A DNA stretch of 64,000 nucleotides, taken from the NCBI GenBank assembly GCA_964565865.1, contig CAZMGM010000010.1, positions 5,897 to 69,896 on the forward strand, in the 5' to 3' direction. The position numbers were made by a program, and so were the translations under genes. This stretch comes from an uncultured Acidobacteriota bacterium (GTDB lineage: Bacteria > Acidobacteriota > UBA6911 > RPQK01 > CBDAPI01). This document shows positions 49,884-59,344 of this stretch, piece by piece (within the stretch, counting starts at the first letter, position 1; every line of letters starts with the position of its first letter). Under the pieces are notes generated by a model. The model did no database searches and was not told where the DNA came from. It saw nothing but the letters and a program-made list of their open reading frames with translations.

Positions 49884-51128
49884 ATGCGCAAATGGATCAG
49901 GACCGTTCTGTCGACAACTCTCCTGTCTCTGTTCCCCTATTGTGGGAAGCCAGTCGAGCCGCTGCTCTCATTAACTGCTGCTGGGACCGTCCAGGAAAAG
50001 TCCCAAAAATTGGCCAGGCAACTTCTTATCGTCGATACACATGTCGACATTCCTGCCCGGCTGATTCGACGGATGGAAGACATTTCAATTCGTACGCAAG
50101 GCGGAGACTTCGACTATCCAAGAGCCCGAGAAGGGGGCCTGGACGCCGCCTTCATGTCCATCTTTGTGCCGGCCGGCTACCAGGAGTCGGGGGGAGCGCG
50201 CGAGTATGCAGACAGGCTCATCGACATGGTCACTGGATTTGAAAAGGAATGGCCTGACAAGTTCCGGGTGGTTCGCTCGGTAGCCGAGCTACTCGCTGTT
50301 TTCGGAAGCGGGAGAGTTGCCCTTCCCATGGGAATGGAAAACGGTGCACCGATCGAGGACCGTCTGCAGAATCTGAAGTATTTTTACGACCGGGGAGTGC
50401 GATATATAACCTTGACCCACTCCCGCTTCAACCAGATCTGTGATTCCTCGTATGATTCTACTCGTCGCTGGAATGGATTGAGCCCGTTTGGCCGGAAAGT
50501 GGTCAAGGAAATGAACCGCCTGGGAATCATGATCGACGTTTCCCATGTCTCGGACGATACCTTTCTCCAGGTAATCAAACTGACTAAGGCCCCGGTCATT
50601 GCTTCTCACTCCTCCTGTCGGCACTTTACTCCGGGCTGGGAACGAAATATGAGCGACGACATGATCCGTAAGCTGGCGGCTATAGGCGGGGTGATTCAAA
50701 TTTCCTTTGGGTCGTCTTTCATAAGCAATGACTACCGCCTACGTCATGCCCTCCGACGCCGAGAGATCAATAAGCATCTGAAACGGATCGGACTGACAAG
50801 AAGCGATCCGGAGGCTGCCGGGCAGATCCTCCAGTTCCAAGAAGCTAATCCACTGGAGCTGGCAAACGTATCCGAGGTTGCAGATCACGTCGATCATGTC
50901 CGCGAATTGGTGGGTGTTGACCACGTCGGGTTAGGTTCCGATTTCGACGGCGTCGGGGACACGATGCCCACTGGTTTAAGGGACGTTTCCCATTACCCAA
51001 ATCTGATTGCGGAACTCCTGCGCCGGGGCTATTCCGAAAAGGAGCTTCAGGGGATCTGCTCCGGGAACCTCCTCAGGGTGTGGGAGGAAGTAGAGAGGAT
51101 TGCCGAGCTGTCAGAAAAAAGCGATTGA
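49884..51128 (+). CDS. Membrane dipeptidase (peptidase M19)
   Basis: DTHVD, GMEN, TLTH, DVSH, ASHS, GSDFDG. Confidence 0.92.
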   Translation: MRKWIRTVLSTTLLSLFPYCGKPVEPLLSLTAAGTVQEKSQKLARQLLIVDTHVDIPARLIRRMEDISIRTQGGDFDYPRAREGGLDAAFMSIFVPAGYQESGGAREYADRLIDMVTGFEKEWPDKFRVVRSVAELLAVFGSGRVALPMGMENGAPIEDRLQNLKYFYDRGVRYITLTHSRFNQICDSSYDSTRRWNGLSPFGRKVVKEMNRLGIMIDVSHVSDDTFLQVIKLTKAPVIASHSSCRHFTPGWERNMSDDMIRKLAAIGGVIQISFGSSFISNDYRLRHALRRREINKHLKRIGLTRSDPEAAGQILQFQEANPLELANVSEVADHVDHVRELVGVDHVGLGSDFDGVGDTMPTGLRDVSHYPNLIAELLRRGYSEKELQGICSGNLLRVWEEVERIAELSEKSD

Positions 51129-51447
51129 GTCTGGCAACGCAAAGTCTCATGAACATCGGTCTCCTGCGTTTTCGCTTTCCCCGCTTCGTTTCCCCGTGCC
51201 AGCTCGAACTGGCCGCTGCCATCTTTCGGTTCCGTTCTGGAAGTCAGGAAACGGAATGAGGGCTGACGAGCAGGGCATGTTTTCTGTATATCCCCCACGG
51301 TCCTGACGGCTCGGTCTATTTTCTGTCGCCCTCTGCAGGGGCTGAATCGAGGCGGGGAAAGCGGCTGACAGGGAGTAACCGTGGACGCGAGGCCATGGAA
51401 GTCAACGGTGTAAGCCGATCACCAGCCCCCAAGGGACAGCAGAATGG

Positions 51448-52260
51448 TCAAAAATCAGGGACGAATCGAACCTCGAAAATCCTGGGCCAGTTTTTCCCGG
51501 TCAGCAGAAACGACTGGCGTTCTGGAATGTAGGCGATACCGTTCAATACATCCTCTCCTGAGCCGTCTCGATGCGGGTGCAGATTGGAGGCGTCTACAAT
51601 GGCCGTGACCTGGCCACTGTCCGGATCGATCCTCACAATCTGGTCGCTGTTCCAGATGTTGGCCCAGATCAGGCCATCGGCACACTCAAGCTCGTTAAGG
51701 CTGGAGACGGACCTGCCTTCCCTCGTGATCTTCTTGCGATCGACTGCCAGGAACCGTTCGGGCTCCCGGATCACCAGCTGATCACTCCCATTGCTCATAT
51801 AGAAACGCCCTCCCAAAGAGCAAAGACCCCAACCCTGACCTCGATACGGAAAAGTGTCTAGTTTCTCAAAGGTGGCGAGATCGTAAACGAAGGCAAGGCT
51901 GCCGGTCCAGGTGAGCTGCACCAGCCGATCCTCCATCAGTGCCAGTCCTTCACCAAAATAGCGGCTTTCCAGATGGCGCCTCCTGAGGACCCGGCCGCTT
52001 TCCAGATCAACCTCTCGAAGCTCTGACCTACCGTACTGCCCAGTACTCTCGTAGACTCGGCCACCGTGCCACACCAGACCCTGGGTATAAGCCCGTGTGT
52101 CGTGTGGATACTCCGCCAGGATCTCTGGTTTCAGATAATCCACGGGGGAGTTGGACTGTACCGACCACACCGCAAGGAGAAGCAGTATACTGATTAGCAA
52201 GAGGGCCCGCGTCTTCTCATGCCGGCGCCCTTTCTGTGTCTCCATTTTCCTGGCGGTCAT
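51448..52260 (-). CDS. Glutaminyl-peptide cyclotransferase (type I, beta-propeller)
   Basis: YPHD..AYTQGL, ESTG.YG.S, FGEGL, QLTW, GWGL, LNELE, VLNGIAY, TGKNW. Confidence 0.93.
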   Translation of the reverse strand: MTARKMETQKGRRHEKTRALLLISILLLLAVWSVQSNSPVDYLKPEILAEYPHDTRAYTQGLVWHGGRVYESTGQYGRSELREVDLESGRVLRRRHLESRYFGEGLALMEDRLVQLTWTGSLAFVYDLATFEKLDTFPYRGQGWGLCSLGGRFYMSNGSDQLVIREPERFLAVDRKKITREGRSVSSLNELECADGLIWANIWNSDQIVRIDPDSGQVTAIVDASNLHPHRDGSGEDVLNGIAYIPERQSFLLTGKNWPRIFEVRFVPDF

Positions 52261-52396
52261 GGGAAGGTCCTCCGGGACACGGCTTGTATTTTGGTTGAGC
52301 CGAAGCCGGGAACTTGGCTAAAATAGCGAGTTTACACTTTCGTGGCCAACGGCGCGCAGCCAGAACCAGACTGAAAGTGTGAATCTGGAGTGCATC

Positions 52397-52639
52397 ATGG
52401 CCAAGAGATGTCAACTGACCGGCAAGGGCCCGATGAGCGGGAACCGAGTTTCCCATTCCCACAAGAAAACGCGCCGCCGGCAGCTGCCCAATATACAGAC
52501 CAAACGGCTATATGTTCCTGAGCTGGACCGATGGGTGCGCGTGAAGCTCTCGGCTCGCGCCCTCCGAACCGTGACCCGGAAGGGCCTTCTGAGATTTTTG
52601 AAGGACGAAGGATTGACGCTCAGGGAAGTCACCCGATAG
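52397..52639 (+). CDS. rpmB: 50S ribosomal protein L28
   Basis: MAKRCQLTGKGPMSGNRVSHSHKKTRRRQLPNIQ. Confidence 0.96.
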   Translation: MAKRCQLTGKGPMSGNRVSHSHKKTRRRQLPNIQTKRLYVPELDRWVRVKLSARALRTVTRKGLLRFLKDEGLTLREVTR

Positions 52640-52678
52640 CCCTGCCCGCCTTCTTTCCCTAGAAACGGAGTAGTCCGC

Positions 52679-53017
52679 GTGAAAGATCGACCGTTACGTC
52701 TCCCCAGCCGTTACAGCGGCCTGAAAGAACTTCAAAGGCAGTTCAAAGAGTACCAGGAACATGCATTTCCTGACCGTCCCCCGCGCTTCTTTTCCCTCGA
52801 ACTGTGTGGCGAGGCAGGAGAAATCGCCAATCTGGAAAAGAAAGATTGGAAGGGCGTTGAAATTGCGCCTGCCGACTTTGCAGAAGAAGCGGCAGACACA
52901 GCGATTGCACTGCTCAACTACGCGAACGCCAGGCAGATCGATCTGGCCGTTGAGGTGGAGCGGAAGATGTCCAAGATTGAAAATCTGAGACGCAAACAAA
53001 TCGAGAGGGGAGACTGA
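52679..53017 (+). CDS. MazG-like nucleotide pyrophosphohydrolase (stand-alone)
   Basis: LCGEAGEIANLEKK and EEAAD (ExxE...ExxD). Confidence 0.8.
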   Translation: MKDRPLRLPSRYSGLKELQRQFKEYQEHAFPDRPPRFFSLELCGEAGEIANLEKKDWKGVEIAPADFAEEAADTAIALLNYANARQIDLAVEVERKMSKIENLRRKQIERGD

Positions 53018-53100
53018 TTCACGTGTTCCGCCCTCTCCTGAAAGTTTCTGGATTGTTCGCTGACTAGCTGCTAGCGGACTTTAACAGTACAGTCCACAGT

Positions 53101-53355
53101 TGTGGATTCTCATCAGGTTGCTCAGTAAAAGGGGTTGTCCATCCGAGCTTCTTCAGGAATGCTGATTGGGAGTTAAACCTTCAGCATCCAAAGGAGACAG
53201 CGAATGGACATTCATCACATTGAACGAAGTTGCCCGCACAGTCGAGCCCTGATGGTGGATCGAGTTGAGTGAGGCGATCCGGTGGTCCGGGTGCGGGTGA
53301 TCTGGGAATGAGCCAGTCGGCCGTCTGCAAATGGCTTTCCCGCTATCGCCAGTAA
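53101..53355 (+). mobile_element. IS481-family remnant (left end plus broken transposase start)
   Basis: TGT-starting end TGTGGATTCTCATCAGGTTG; TGTCCATCCG/CGAATGGACA hairpin over the ATG; MDIHH..RSCPHSRALMVDRVE*..LGMSQSAVCKWLSRYRQ* HTH-like frame. Confidence 0.75.
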
Positions 53356-53543
53356 TCGGGAGCCTCCCGGTCCCACGGAACACTAACCGTTGACGAGAAA
53401 TATCGAGCCGACTCCCGGCTCAGACGTGCTGCACTAGCTCCTAGCAGTGTTTCATGAGATCATGACCAGCGCTCTCGGTACCGCGCGCCCCCGCACGCAG
53501 TCTCGACAACCGCAGCATGTCTGACTCAGAGCCGTACTAGTTC

Positions 53544-54083
53544 ATGCCCGTTTTTACTGCACAGGTGGCCTTTTATTACATGGCGGCGGCCAGCGTCACC
53601 AGCGCAATCCTGGCCGTGACTCGAAAGAGTCCCGTTCACAGCATGCTTTGGGTGCTGGCTCTCTTTTTGCACGTGGCTGGCCTCTTTCTCCTGCTGGGTG
53701 CGGAGTTCCTAGCGGCTGTCCAGGTGATCGTTTACGCGGGAGCCATCCTCGTCTTTTATCTGTTTGTTCTCATGTTGCTCGACCTGCCCGGCGAGGCGGC
53801 TCGGCCGCGGTTCGGGGGGCATTGGCCCCTGGCCGTTGCGGGGGGGCTGGGATTCGGGGTTCTGGCCTGGCTGGCCCTGGTCAACACTTTCCATCCGGTT
53901 GGAGCCGGGGCCGCACCGGTTGCCGTGGAAGCGGCCAGCGACGCCCCGCTTCTAGGGAGCCTTTCGGAAATCGGCAAGGCTCTCTTTGGTCCGTTTGCGC
54001 TCCCCTTTGAAATCGCCTCGCTGATCCTTCTGTCCGCCATCGTGGCCTCAGTTGTGCTCGCTAGAAAGAGGGTAGGCCCATGA
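53544..54083 (+). CDS. nuoJ: NADH-quinone oxidoreductase subunit J
   Basis: AEFLAAVQVIVYAGAI, LPFEIASLILL. Confidence 0.93.
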   Translation: MPVFTAQVAFYYMAAASVTSAILAVTRKSPVHSMLWVLALFLHVAGLFLLLGAEFLAAVQVIVYAGAILVFYLFVLMLLDLPGEAARPRFGGHWPLAVAGGLGFGVLAWLALVNTFHPVGAGAAPVAVEAASDAPLLGSLSEIGKALFGPFALPFEIASLILLSAIVASVVLARKRVGP

Positions 54084-54385
54084 TCGTCCCCGTGGAAGTG
54101 GTGTTGGCCCTCAGCGCTGTCCTTTTCGGGATTGGAGTATTTGGATTTCTGGCCCGCCGCAACCTGATCCTTATGCTGGTCTCGATAGAGGTCATGCTCA
54201 ATGCCGTCAACCTGAGCCTTGCCGGATTCAGTCGTCACCTCAATGATCCGAGTGGTCAGGTCATGGCCCTCTTTGTGATCGCGGTGGCGGCAGCGGAAGC
54301 CGCGGTCGGTTTGGGACTGGTTATCGCCTTGAACCGGAACAAGCCAGGGGCCAGTGTGACAGATCTGACTGAGCTGAAATGGTAA
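54080..54385 (+). CDS. nuoK: NADH-quinone oxidoreductase subunit K
   Basis: RRNLI..L.SIEVMLNA, AAAEAAVGL. Confidence 0.95.
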   Translation: MIVPVEVVLALSAVLFGIGVFGFLARRNLILMLVSIEVMLNAVNLSLAGFSRHLNDPSGQVMALFVIAVAAAEAAVGLGLVIALNRNKPGASVTDLTELKW

Positions 54386-54404
54386 CGGCAGTGGAGACAG
54401 CATA

Positions 54405-55865
54405 TTGAGTTCGGTCACACCCCTTCTCGCCATTCTGGTTTCCGCCGTTGGTGCGCTACTCATTGCCTGCACGGGGGAGCGAAGGGCCAATCTAAGAGAG
54501 TTTTGGTCTATAGCGTCCGGTGTCACGATGTTTGCCCTTGTTGCCAGCATGATTCCAGAGGTCCTGGCGGGCGGCACGCCTACATGCGTTCTTTTCAGGC
54601 TTCTTCCCGGCATCGAACTCGCCTTTCGGGTCGACAGCTTCGGTCTCCTTTTTGCCTCGGGCGCGTCGATTCTGTGGATCCTGACCTCGTTCTACTCGGT
54701 CGGTTACATGCGTTCTCTCAAAGAACACGCACAAACCCGGTATTTTGCCTGCTTTGCACTGGCTCTCTCCGCCACCATGGGGGTGGCTTTCTCGGCCAAC
54801 CTATTCACCCTGTTTCTGTTTTATGAGGGCTTGACCCTGGTCACCTACCCTCTGGTGGGTCACAAGGAGACGGCCGAAGCAAAGGCTGGCGCCCGCAAGT
54901 ACCTTATCTATCTTCTGGGAGCCGCCAAGGTGCTCCTCATTGCCGCCATCATCCTGACCTACAACGTGGCCGGAACTCTGGAGTTTCACAAGGGAGGGAT
55001 CCTATCGGCCAAGCAGATCGCATCGCAGCCGCTGCTTCTTTATCTGATCTTCGGGCTGTTCCTTTTCGGATTTGCCAAGAACGCGCTCGTACCCCTGCAC
55101 AGCTGGCTACCGGCCGCAATGGTGGCGCCCACCCCGGTGAGTGCATTACTGCACGCTGTGGCCGTGGTCAAGACCGGGGTGTTTTCCACCCTCCGGGTCT
55201 TCCTGTTCATATTCGGCGCGGATGCCATGCGCGAGATCGGTGCTGACCAGCTGGCGCTGGGAGCCGCCTCTCTAACCATCCTGGTCGGCTCGATCCTGGC
55301 CCTCGGACAGGACAACCTCAAGGCCCGTCTGGCCTTCTCCACGGTGAGCCAGCTCTCCTATATCATCCTGGGGGCAGCGCTTCTTAACCAAAGCGGAATT
55401 CTGGGGGGGGTTGCCCACATCACCAACCACGCCGTATCGAAAATAACGCTTTTCTTGTGTGCGGGTTCCATTTACGTATCTACGCAAAAGACCAAAATTA
55501 GTCAGATGTCCGGTCTGGCCAGGCGAATGCCATGGACCATGGCGGCATTTGCAATTGCCTCTCTCAGCGTGGTGGGCATTCCCGGAACCTCCGGAGGTGT
55601 CTCCAAGTGGTTCCTGGCCCTAGGCTCGGTTGAGCTTCAGAGCCCTACCCTCCTGGGGGTTCTCCTCATCAGCTCGCTTCTCAACGCCGCCTACCTCGGC
55701 CCGATCGTTTACAAGGCGTACTTCGAAAAACCGCCACCGACCCAGCAGGAGGTTCACGAGGTGCCCTGGATGGTTGCGCCCCTCGCTATCAGCGCGGCGG
55801 TCAGCCTGCTTCTGGGTCTCTATCCCGCTCCTGTACTGGAACTGGCAGGGAGGGTAATGCCATGA
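54405..55865 (+). CDS. MrpD/NuoL-like antiporter subunit (486 aa)
   Basis: FYEGLT, PLHSWLPAAMVAPTPVSALLHAVAVVKTG, LKARLAFSTVSQLSY; no long C-terminal helix. Confidence 0.85.
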   Translation: MSSVTPLLAILVSAVGALLIACTGERRANLREFWSIASGVTMFALVASMIPEVLAGGTPTCVLFRLLPGIELAFRVDSFGLLFASGASILWILTSFYSVGYMRSLKEHAQTRYFACFALALSATMGVAFSANLFTLFLFYEGLTLVTYPLVGHKETAEAKAGARKYLIYLLGAAKVLLIAAIILTYNVAGTLEFHKGGILSAKQIASQPLLLYLIFGLFLFGFAKNALVPLHSWLPAAMVAPTPVSALLHAVAVVKTGVFSTLRVFLFIFGADAMREIGADQLALGAASLTILVGSILALGQDNLKARLAFSTVSQLSYIILGAALLNQSGILGGVAHITNHAVSKITLFLCAGSIYVSTQKTKISQMSGLARRMPWTMAAFAIASLSVVGIPGTSGGVSKWFLALGSVELQSPTLLGVLLISSLLNAAYLGPIVYKAYFEKPPPTQQEVHEVPWMVAPLAISAAVSLLLGLYPAPVLELAGRVMP

Positions 55866-56125
55866 ATTTCTTAGAAAGGCTGCTGGAAAACCCGGTCCGT
55901 TTGGCGCGGATCAAGCTCTGGTTCTACGTGGGTCTGGTAGTGGTAGCCCTGGGGGAAATTAGTCTGCCACTGGTGCTGCATGGTATCCACGGGCATTTCT
56001 GGTTTGAGTCCCTTCCCGCCTGGGGGTCTCTCTACGGAGTGCTCTCCTGCGTAGCGATCATAGTGGTGTCCAAGTTTCTCGGGAAGGTGTGGCTCATGCG
56101 CCGGGAAGACTATTATGAGTCTTGA
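55862..56125 (+). CDS. Small two-TM membrane protein within the complex I/Mrp cluster
   Basis: Two TM helices, C-terminal MRREDYY; overlaps both neighbours. Confidence 0.75.
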   Translation: MNFLERLLENPVRLARIKLWFYVGLVVVALGEISLPLVLHGIHGHFWFESLPAWGSLYGVLSCVAIIVVSKFLGKVWLMRREDYYES

Positions 56126-57884
56126 GTGGGTGCATCCGGGACTACTGTTGATCCTGGGGGCCTGGGCCCTGCCTTTGCTCAGGGGCCGGGTTAGGAGGCT
56201 GGCGCTGCTCCTGTTGCCGGCCGCGGCCCTGGTCATCTGTCTGCGTATGACGCCGGGTATCTATGGGCAGGTGAATTTCCTGGGTCAAGATCTGGTGTTT
56301 GGCCGGGTCGACCAGTTGAGTCTGGTTTTTGCCTATGTTTTCTCGATCATGGCGTTCCTGGGAATGGTTTATGCACTGCATGTTGAGGACAATGCACAGC
56401 ATGTGGCAGCCCTGAACTATGCGGGGGGGGCGCTGGGGGTCACGTTTGCGGGCGACTTTCTTTCGCTGCTGCTGTTCTGGGAGCTCATGGCAGTCTCCTC
56501 TGTGCTCCTCATTTGGTTGCGCCACGAACCCGATGCCGTGGCGGCCGGCTTTCGCTACTTGCTGGTCCACCTCGTGGGCGGCCTACTTCTTCTGGCAGGG
56601 ATCGCAGCCTATTGGTCTGAAACTGGATCGGTCGCTTTCGAGGACGTGGGGGCCTTGTCCTGGAGCATGCCCTGGATCCTCATTCTTGTTGCCTTTCTCA
56701 TCAATGCGGCTGTTCCGCCTCTGGGGGCCTGGCTTCCAGACGCCTACCCGGAAGCCACGGTTACGGGAGCGGTTTTCATGACGGCCTTCACCACCAAGTC
56801 TGCGGTGTACGCCTTGATTCGAGGGTTTGCCGGGACGGAACTCCTGGTGTGGCTAGGAGCCATCATGGCCATCTACGGCGTGGTCTACGCCGTGCTGGAA
56901 AATGACGCGCGACGGCTCCTGGCCTACCATATCGTCAGCCAGGTTGGCTATATGGTGTGCGGTGTTGGAATCGGCACTGCGCTGGCGCTGAACGGGACGA
57001 CCGCACACGCCTTCGCGCACATCCTTTACAAAGCACTACTTTTTATGGGAGCCGGTGCTGTCCTAGAGGTGACCCGCCTGCGAAAGCTTAGCGATATGGG
57101 TGGGCTCTATAAAACCATGCCGATTACGATGGGCCTCTATATGATCGGTGCCTTCGCCATTTCGGCGGTGCCACTCTTCAGCGGCTTCGTGAGTAAGTCC
57201 ATGGTCGTATCAGCCGCTGGTGAAGCTCACCTGGGACTGATTTTTCTCATGCTCACGCTTGCTTCCGCCGGGACTTTTCTGCACACGGGCCTCAAGCTCC
57301 CCTACTACATGTTCTTCGGTAAGGACTCGGGCGTGCGTGCCCAGGAGCCGCCTCGAAATATGCTTGTGGCCATGGGTCTGGCTGCCGCCGCCTGTGTGTT
57401 GATCGGGGTGTTCCCCGGATTGCTGTACCAGCACCTGCCCAACGCTGTGGACTACGCTCCTTATACGCCTCAGCACATCACCAGCACCCTGGGGATGCTG
57501 GGATTCACGGCACTGGGCTTTTTCCTGCTACTCAAACATCTGGACCCGGAACCCAAGATCAGCCTCGACACAGACTGGTTCTACCGACGCGGTGCTACAG
57601 CCGGAATGACGGTCGTCCAGGGGTCGGTGGAACGCCTGGAATCCAGATTCGTGGGTGAAATCTATGAGTTTGTCATCCGGCGACCCGTACTGGGCATGGC
57701 TAGTCTCCTGCGGAGGCTGGATACACGGGTCGTTGATGTGGCAGCCCTCAGCGTGGCCAGGCTGACCCGGTCTCTCAGTGAGGTAATGAAGACCACCGTG
57801 AGCGGCAATGCCCAGCACTACGGTCTAATCATGGCGGCGGCAGTTCTGGCACTTTTCGTTCTCGCAGTGCTCGCATCACCATGA
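56115..57884 (+). CDS. MrpD-like antiporter subunit with NuoL-like C-terminal lateral helix (589 aa)
   Basis: FWELM, WLPDAYPEAT, AFTTK, RRLLAYHIVSQVGY; tail EIYEFVIRRP...DTRVVD...SGNAQHY plus a final TM. Confidence 0.85.
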   Translation: MSLEWVHPGLLLILGAWALPLLRGRVRRLALLLLPAAALVICLRMTPGIYGQVNFLGQDLVFGRVDQLSLVFAYVFSIMAFLGMVYALHVEDNAQHVAALNYAGGALGVTFAGDFLSLLLFWELMAVSSVLLIWLRHEPDAVAAGFRYLLVHLVGGLLLLAGIAAYWSETGSVAFEDVGALSWSMPWILILVAFLINAAVPPLGAWLPDAYPEATVTGAVFMTAFTTKSAVYALIRGFAGTELLVWLGAIMAIYGVVYAVLENDARRLLAYHIVSQVGYMVCGVGIGTALALNGTTAHAFAHILYKALLFMGAGAVLEVTRLRKLSDMGGLYKTMPITMGLYMIGAFAISAVPLFSGFVSKSMVVSAAGEAHLGLIFLMLTLASAGTFLHTGLKLPYYMFFGKDSGVRAQEPPRNMLVAMGLAAAACVLIGVFPGLLYQHLPNAVDYAPYTPQHITSTLGMLGFTALGFFLLLKHLDPEPKISLDTDWFYRRGATAGMTVVQGSVERLESRFVGEIYEFVIRRPVLGMASLLRRLDTRVVDVAALSVARLTRSLSEVMKTTVSGNAQHYGLIMAAAVLALFVLAVLASP

Positions 57885-59344
57885 CAGAGTACCCCGTTCT
57901 GACAATCACAACTTTGTTGCCCCTTGCGGGCTCTGTGGTCATCCTGTTTCTCGCTGGTGAACGCCTCGCACGCTGGATTGCTCTTGGCACAACACTGGCC
58001 ACCCTTGCGGTCACAACCCCTCTGTACTGGAGCTTCGACAAGACCTCCAGCGCACTCCAGTTCGTCGAGTCAGCAGCCTGGATTCCGAGTTGGAACATCT
58101 CCTACGGGATGGGCGTGGACGGGATCAGTCTCCCCTTCATTTTCCTTGCAGCAGTTTTGAGTGTTCTTTGCGTGGGAGGCTCATGGACAGCGGTGGGCAC
58201 GAGGGTAAAAGAGTTCTATGCCGCGCTCTTGGTCGCCGAAACAGCCATGATCGGGCTGTTCGCCGCCACCAACCTGTTTCTCTTCTATATCTTCTGGGAG
58301 CTGATGATCGTTCCGCTCTTTCTGCTTATAGGCGTCTGGGGAGGGCCAGGGAGAGTCTACGCAGCGGTCAAGTTCCTGCTTTTCACCCTGGCTGGAAGCG
58401 TTCTGATGCTGGTGGGCATGATCGCCCTCTACCACGCCTGCGGGACTTTGGACTTCAAGGGCCTGGCTGCCACTACGCTAGAGCCTGCCTTTCAGGCCTG
58501 GCTCTTTGCAGCCTTTCTGGCAGCGTTTGCTGTCAAAGTGCCGATGTTTCCAGTACATACCTGGCTCCCGGACGCTCATACCGAGGCTCCCACCGCCGGA
58601 AGCGTGATCCTGGCCGGGATCCTCCTTAAGATGGGTGCCTACGGATTCCTGCGGGTTTCGCTGCCCATTCTTCCTGACGCAGTGCAGCTCTTTCTCACAC
58701 CGATGCTCGTCATCTCAGCGGTGGCTATCGTCTATGGTGCTTACGTGACGCTGGTTCAGACCGACATCAAGCGGCTCATCGCGTTTTCGAGTGTAAGCCA
58801 CATGGGCTTCGTCACCCTGGGAATCTTTACTCTCAACCACAACGGAGTGGAAGGGGCAATTCTGCAGATGATCAACCACGGGATTATCTCTGCGTCACTT
58901 TTTCTGTGCGTGGGCATGATCTATGAGCGTACTCACTCACGGGAAATCAAGGACTACGGAGGGGTTGCGAGGGTCGCGCCTGTCTACACGTCTTTGCTGG
59001 CGTTCTTTTGTCTGGCTGCCGCTGGATTCCCCGGTTTGAATTCGTTCGTGGGTGAGTTTCTCATTATCAGTGGTGCCTTCCAGACCAAGGGCTGGCTGGG
59101 GGTAATGGCTGTCTGGGGAGTGGTTCTGGGCACGGCCTACCTGGTCTGGTTCTACTATCGGGTGGCCATGGGCCCGACGAATTCCGGGCTGAAGGGTCTC
59201 AAGCTCGAGCTCAATGCCCGCGAGGTGGCCACTCTGGCGCCCTTGGTGCTGCTGGCACTGTGCCTCGGACTTTACCCTGAGCTGGTTCTTTCTTATTTGC
59301 ATGCTCCCGTGGCTGAACTCCTGGCGGGAGGAGTCCTGCCATGA
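57881..59344 (+). CDS. nuoM: NADH-quinone oxidoreductase subunit M
   Basis: GVDGIS, FWELM, KVPMFPVHTWLPDAHTEAPTAGS, LLKMG, SFVGEF. Confidence 0.94.
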   Translation: MTEYPVLTITTLLPLAGSVVILFLAGERLARWIALGTTLATLAVTTPLYWSFDKTSSALQFVESAAWIPSWNISYGMGVDGISLPFIFLAAVLSVLCVGGSWTAVGTRVKEFYAALLVAETAMIGLFAATNLFLFYIFWELMIVPLFLLIGVWGGPGRVYAAVKFLLFTLAGSVLMLVGMIALYHACGTLDFKGLAATTLEPAFQAWLFAAFLAAFAVKVPMFPVHTWLPDAHTEAPTAGSVILAGILLKMGAYGFLRVSLPILPDAVQLFLTPMLVISAVAIVYGAYVTLVQTDIKRLIAFSSVSHMGFVTLGIFTLNHNGVEGAILQMINHGIISASLFLCVGMIYERTHSREIKDYGGVARVAPVYTSLLAFFCLAAAGFPGLNSFVGEFLIISGAFQTKGWLGVMAVWGVVLGTAYLVWFYYRVAMGPTNSGLKGLKLELNAREVATLAPLVLLALCLGLYPELVLSYLHAPVAELLAGGVLP

